A stretch of DNA of 63,647 nucleotides, the filler included, from Octopus bimaculoides (lineage: Eukaryota): the NCBI RefSeq assembly GCF_001194135.2. It is 6 parts of 6 records of this genome, joined end to end, with 100 filler letters (N's around TTAATTAATTAA, not from the genome) between each part and the next. Parts side by side here need not be neighbours in the genome. Positions count along the whole stretch, not along the records: positions 61,582 to 63,647 come from NC_069009.1; 5 more parts are not named here. One strand, given 5' to 3'. A program made the translations under genes and the position numbers. Position 1 is the first letter of the stretch. Each line of letters starts with the position of its first letter. This document shows, one piece after another, positions 63,160-63,647 of the stretch. The notes beneath the pieces were generated by a model. The model saw nothing but the letters and a program-made list of their open reading frames with translations, did no database searches and was not told the origin of the DNA.

Positions 63160-63647
63160 CTCTATCCACCCATCTTTCTCTCTGTCCACCCATCTTTCTC
63201 TGTCCAGTCATATCTTTCTGTCCAGTCATCTTTCTCTCTGTTCACCCACCTTTCTCTCTGTCCACCCATCTTTCCCTCTGTCCACCCATCTTTCCCTCTG
63301 TCCACCCATATTTCTCTGTCCACCCATATTTCTCTCTGTCCAGTCATCTCATTCTGTCCACCCATATTTCTCTCTGTCCACCCATCTTTCTTTCTGTCCA
63401 CCCATCTTTCTCTCTGTCCACCTATCTTTCTCTCTGTCCACCTATCTTTCTCTCTGCCCACCCATATTTCTCTGCCCACCCATATTTCTCTCTGTCCACC
63501 CATATTTCTCTCTGTCCACCCATATTTCTCTCTGTCCACCCATATTTCTCTCTGTCCACCCATCTTTCTCTCTGTCCATCCGTATTTCTCACTGTCCACC
63601 CGTATTTCTCTCTGTCCACCCATATTTCTCTCTGTCCAGTCATCTCT
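63160..63647. repeat. Pyrimidine-rich ~20 bp minisatellite (CCACCCATATTTCTCTCTGT and variants)
   Basis: Direct inspection; the array runs to the window end. The periodic ORFs 63162..63623 and 63422..63643 are by-products. Confidence 0.92.

Noticed and set aside
63162-63643. Periodic GGQRE/WVDRE protein ORFs
   Set aside because: They are by-products of the ~20 bp minisatellite; both strands and several frames are open by periodicity.

Overview
This is eukaryotic, AT-rich, microsatellite-dense animal DNA with many N gaps. The SINE families and repeat content suggest an octopod cephalopod; that is inference from recognition, not a database hit. The window is mostly decayed transposons: mariner, Tc1 (one with IR/DR ends), a pogo/Tigger4-like element, maT (DD37D), non-autonomous Helitrons, RTE, CR1/L2, Tx1/L1, five R4/Dong-type RLE retrotransposon pieces, Penelope-like RT-GIY-YIG remnants, a Gypsy pol remnant with its 3' LTR, and at least five short interspersed repeat families. 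No intact transposon ORF was found. Two well-bounded plus-strand exons (22058-22225 and 30420-30601) and a stop-interrupted FN3-like stretch suggest the window is intronic DNA of a modular extracellular or receptor gene. The main highlights are: hammerhead-ribozyme-like cores inside inverted repeats; R4/Dong elements sitting in two different microsatellites, (TAA)n and (CATA)n; a non-coding ~540 bp repeat that repeatedly lies beside Dong 3' ends; a twin-priming-like inverted Tx1 carrying a canonical Helitron; and nested insertions with readable target-site duplications. Most long ORFs in the supplied track are microsatellite or N-gap artefacts. Boundaries of decayed elements are approximate unless termini are quoted.
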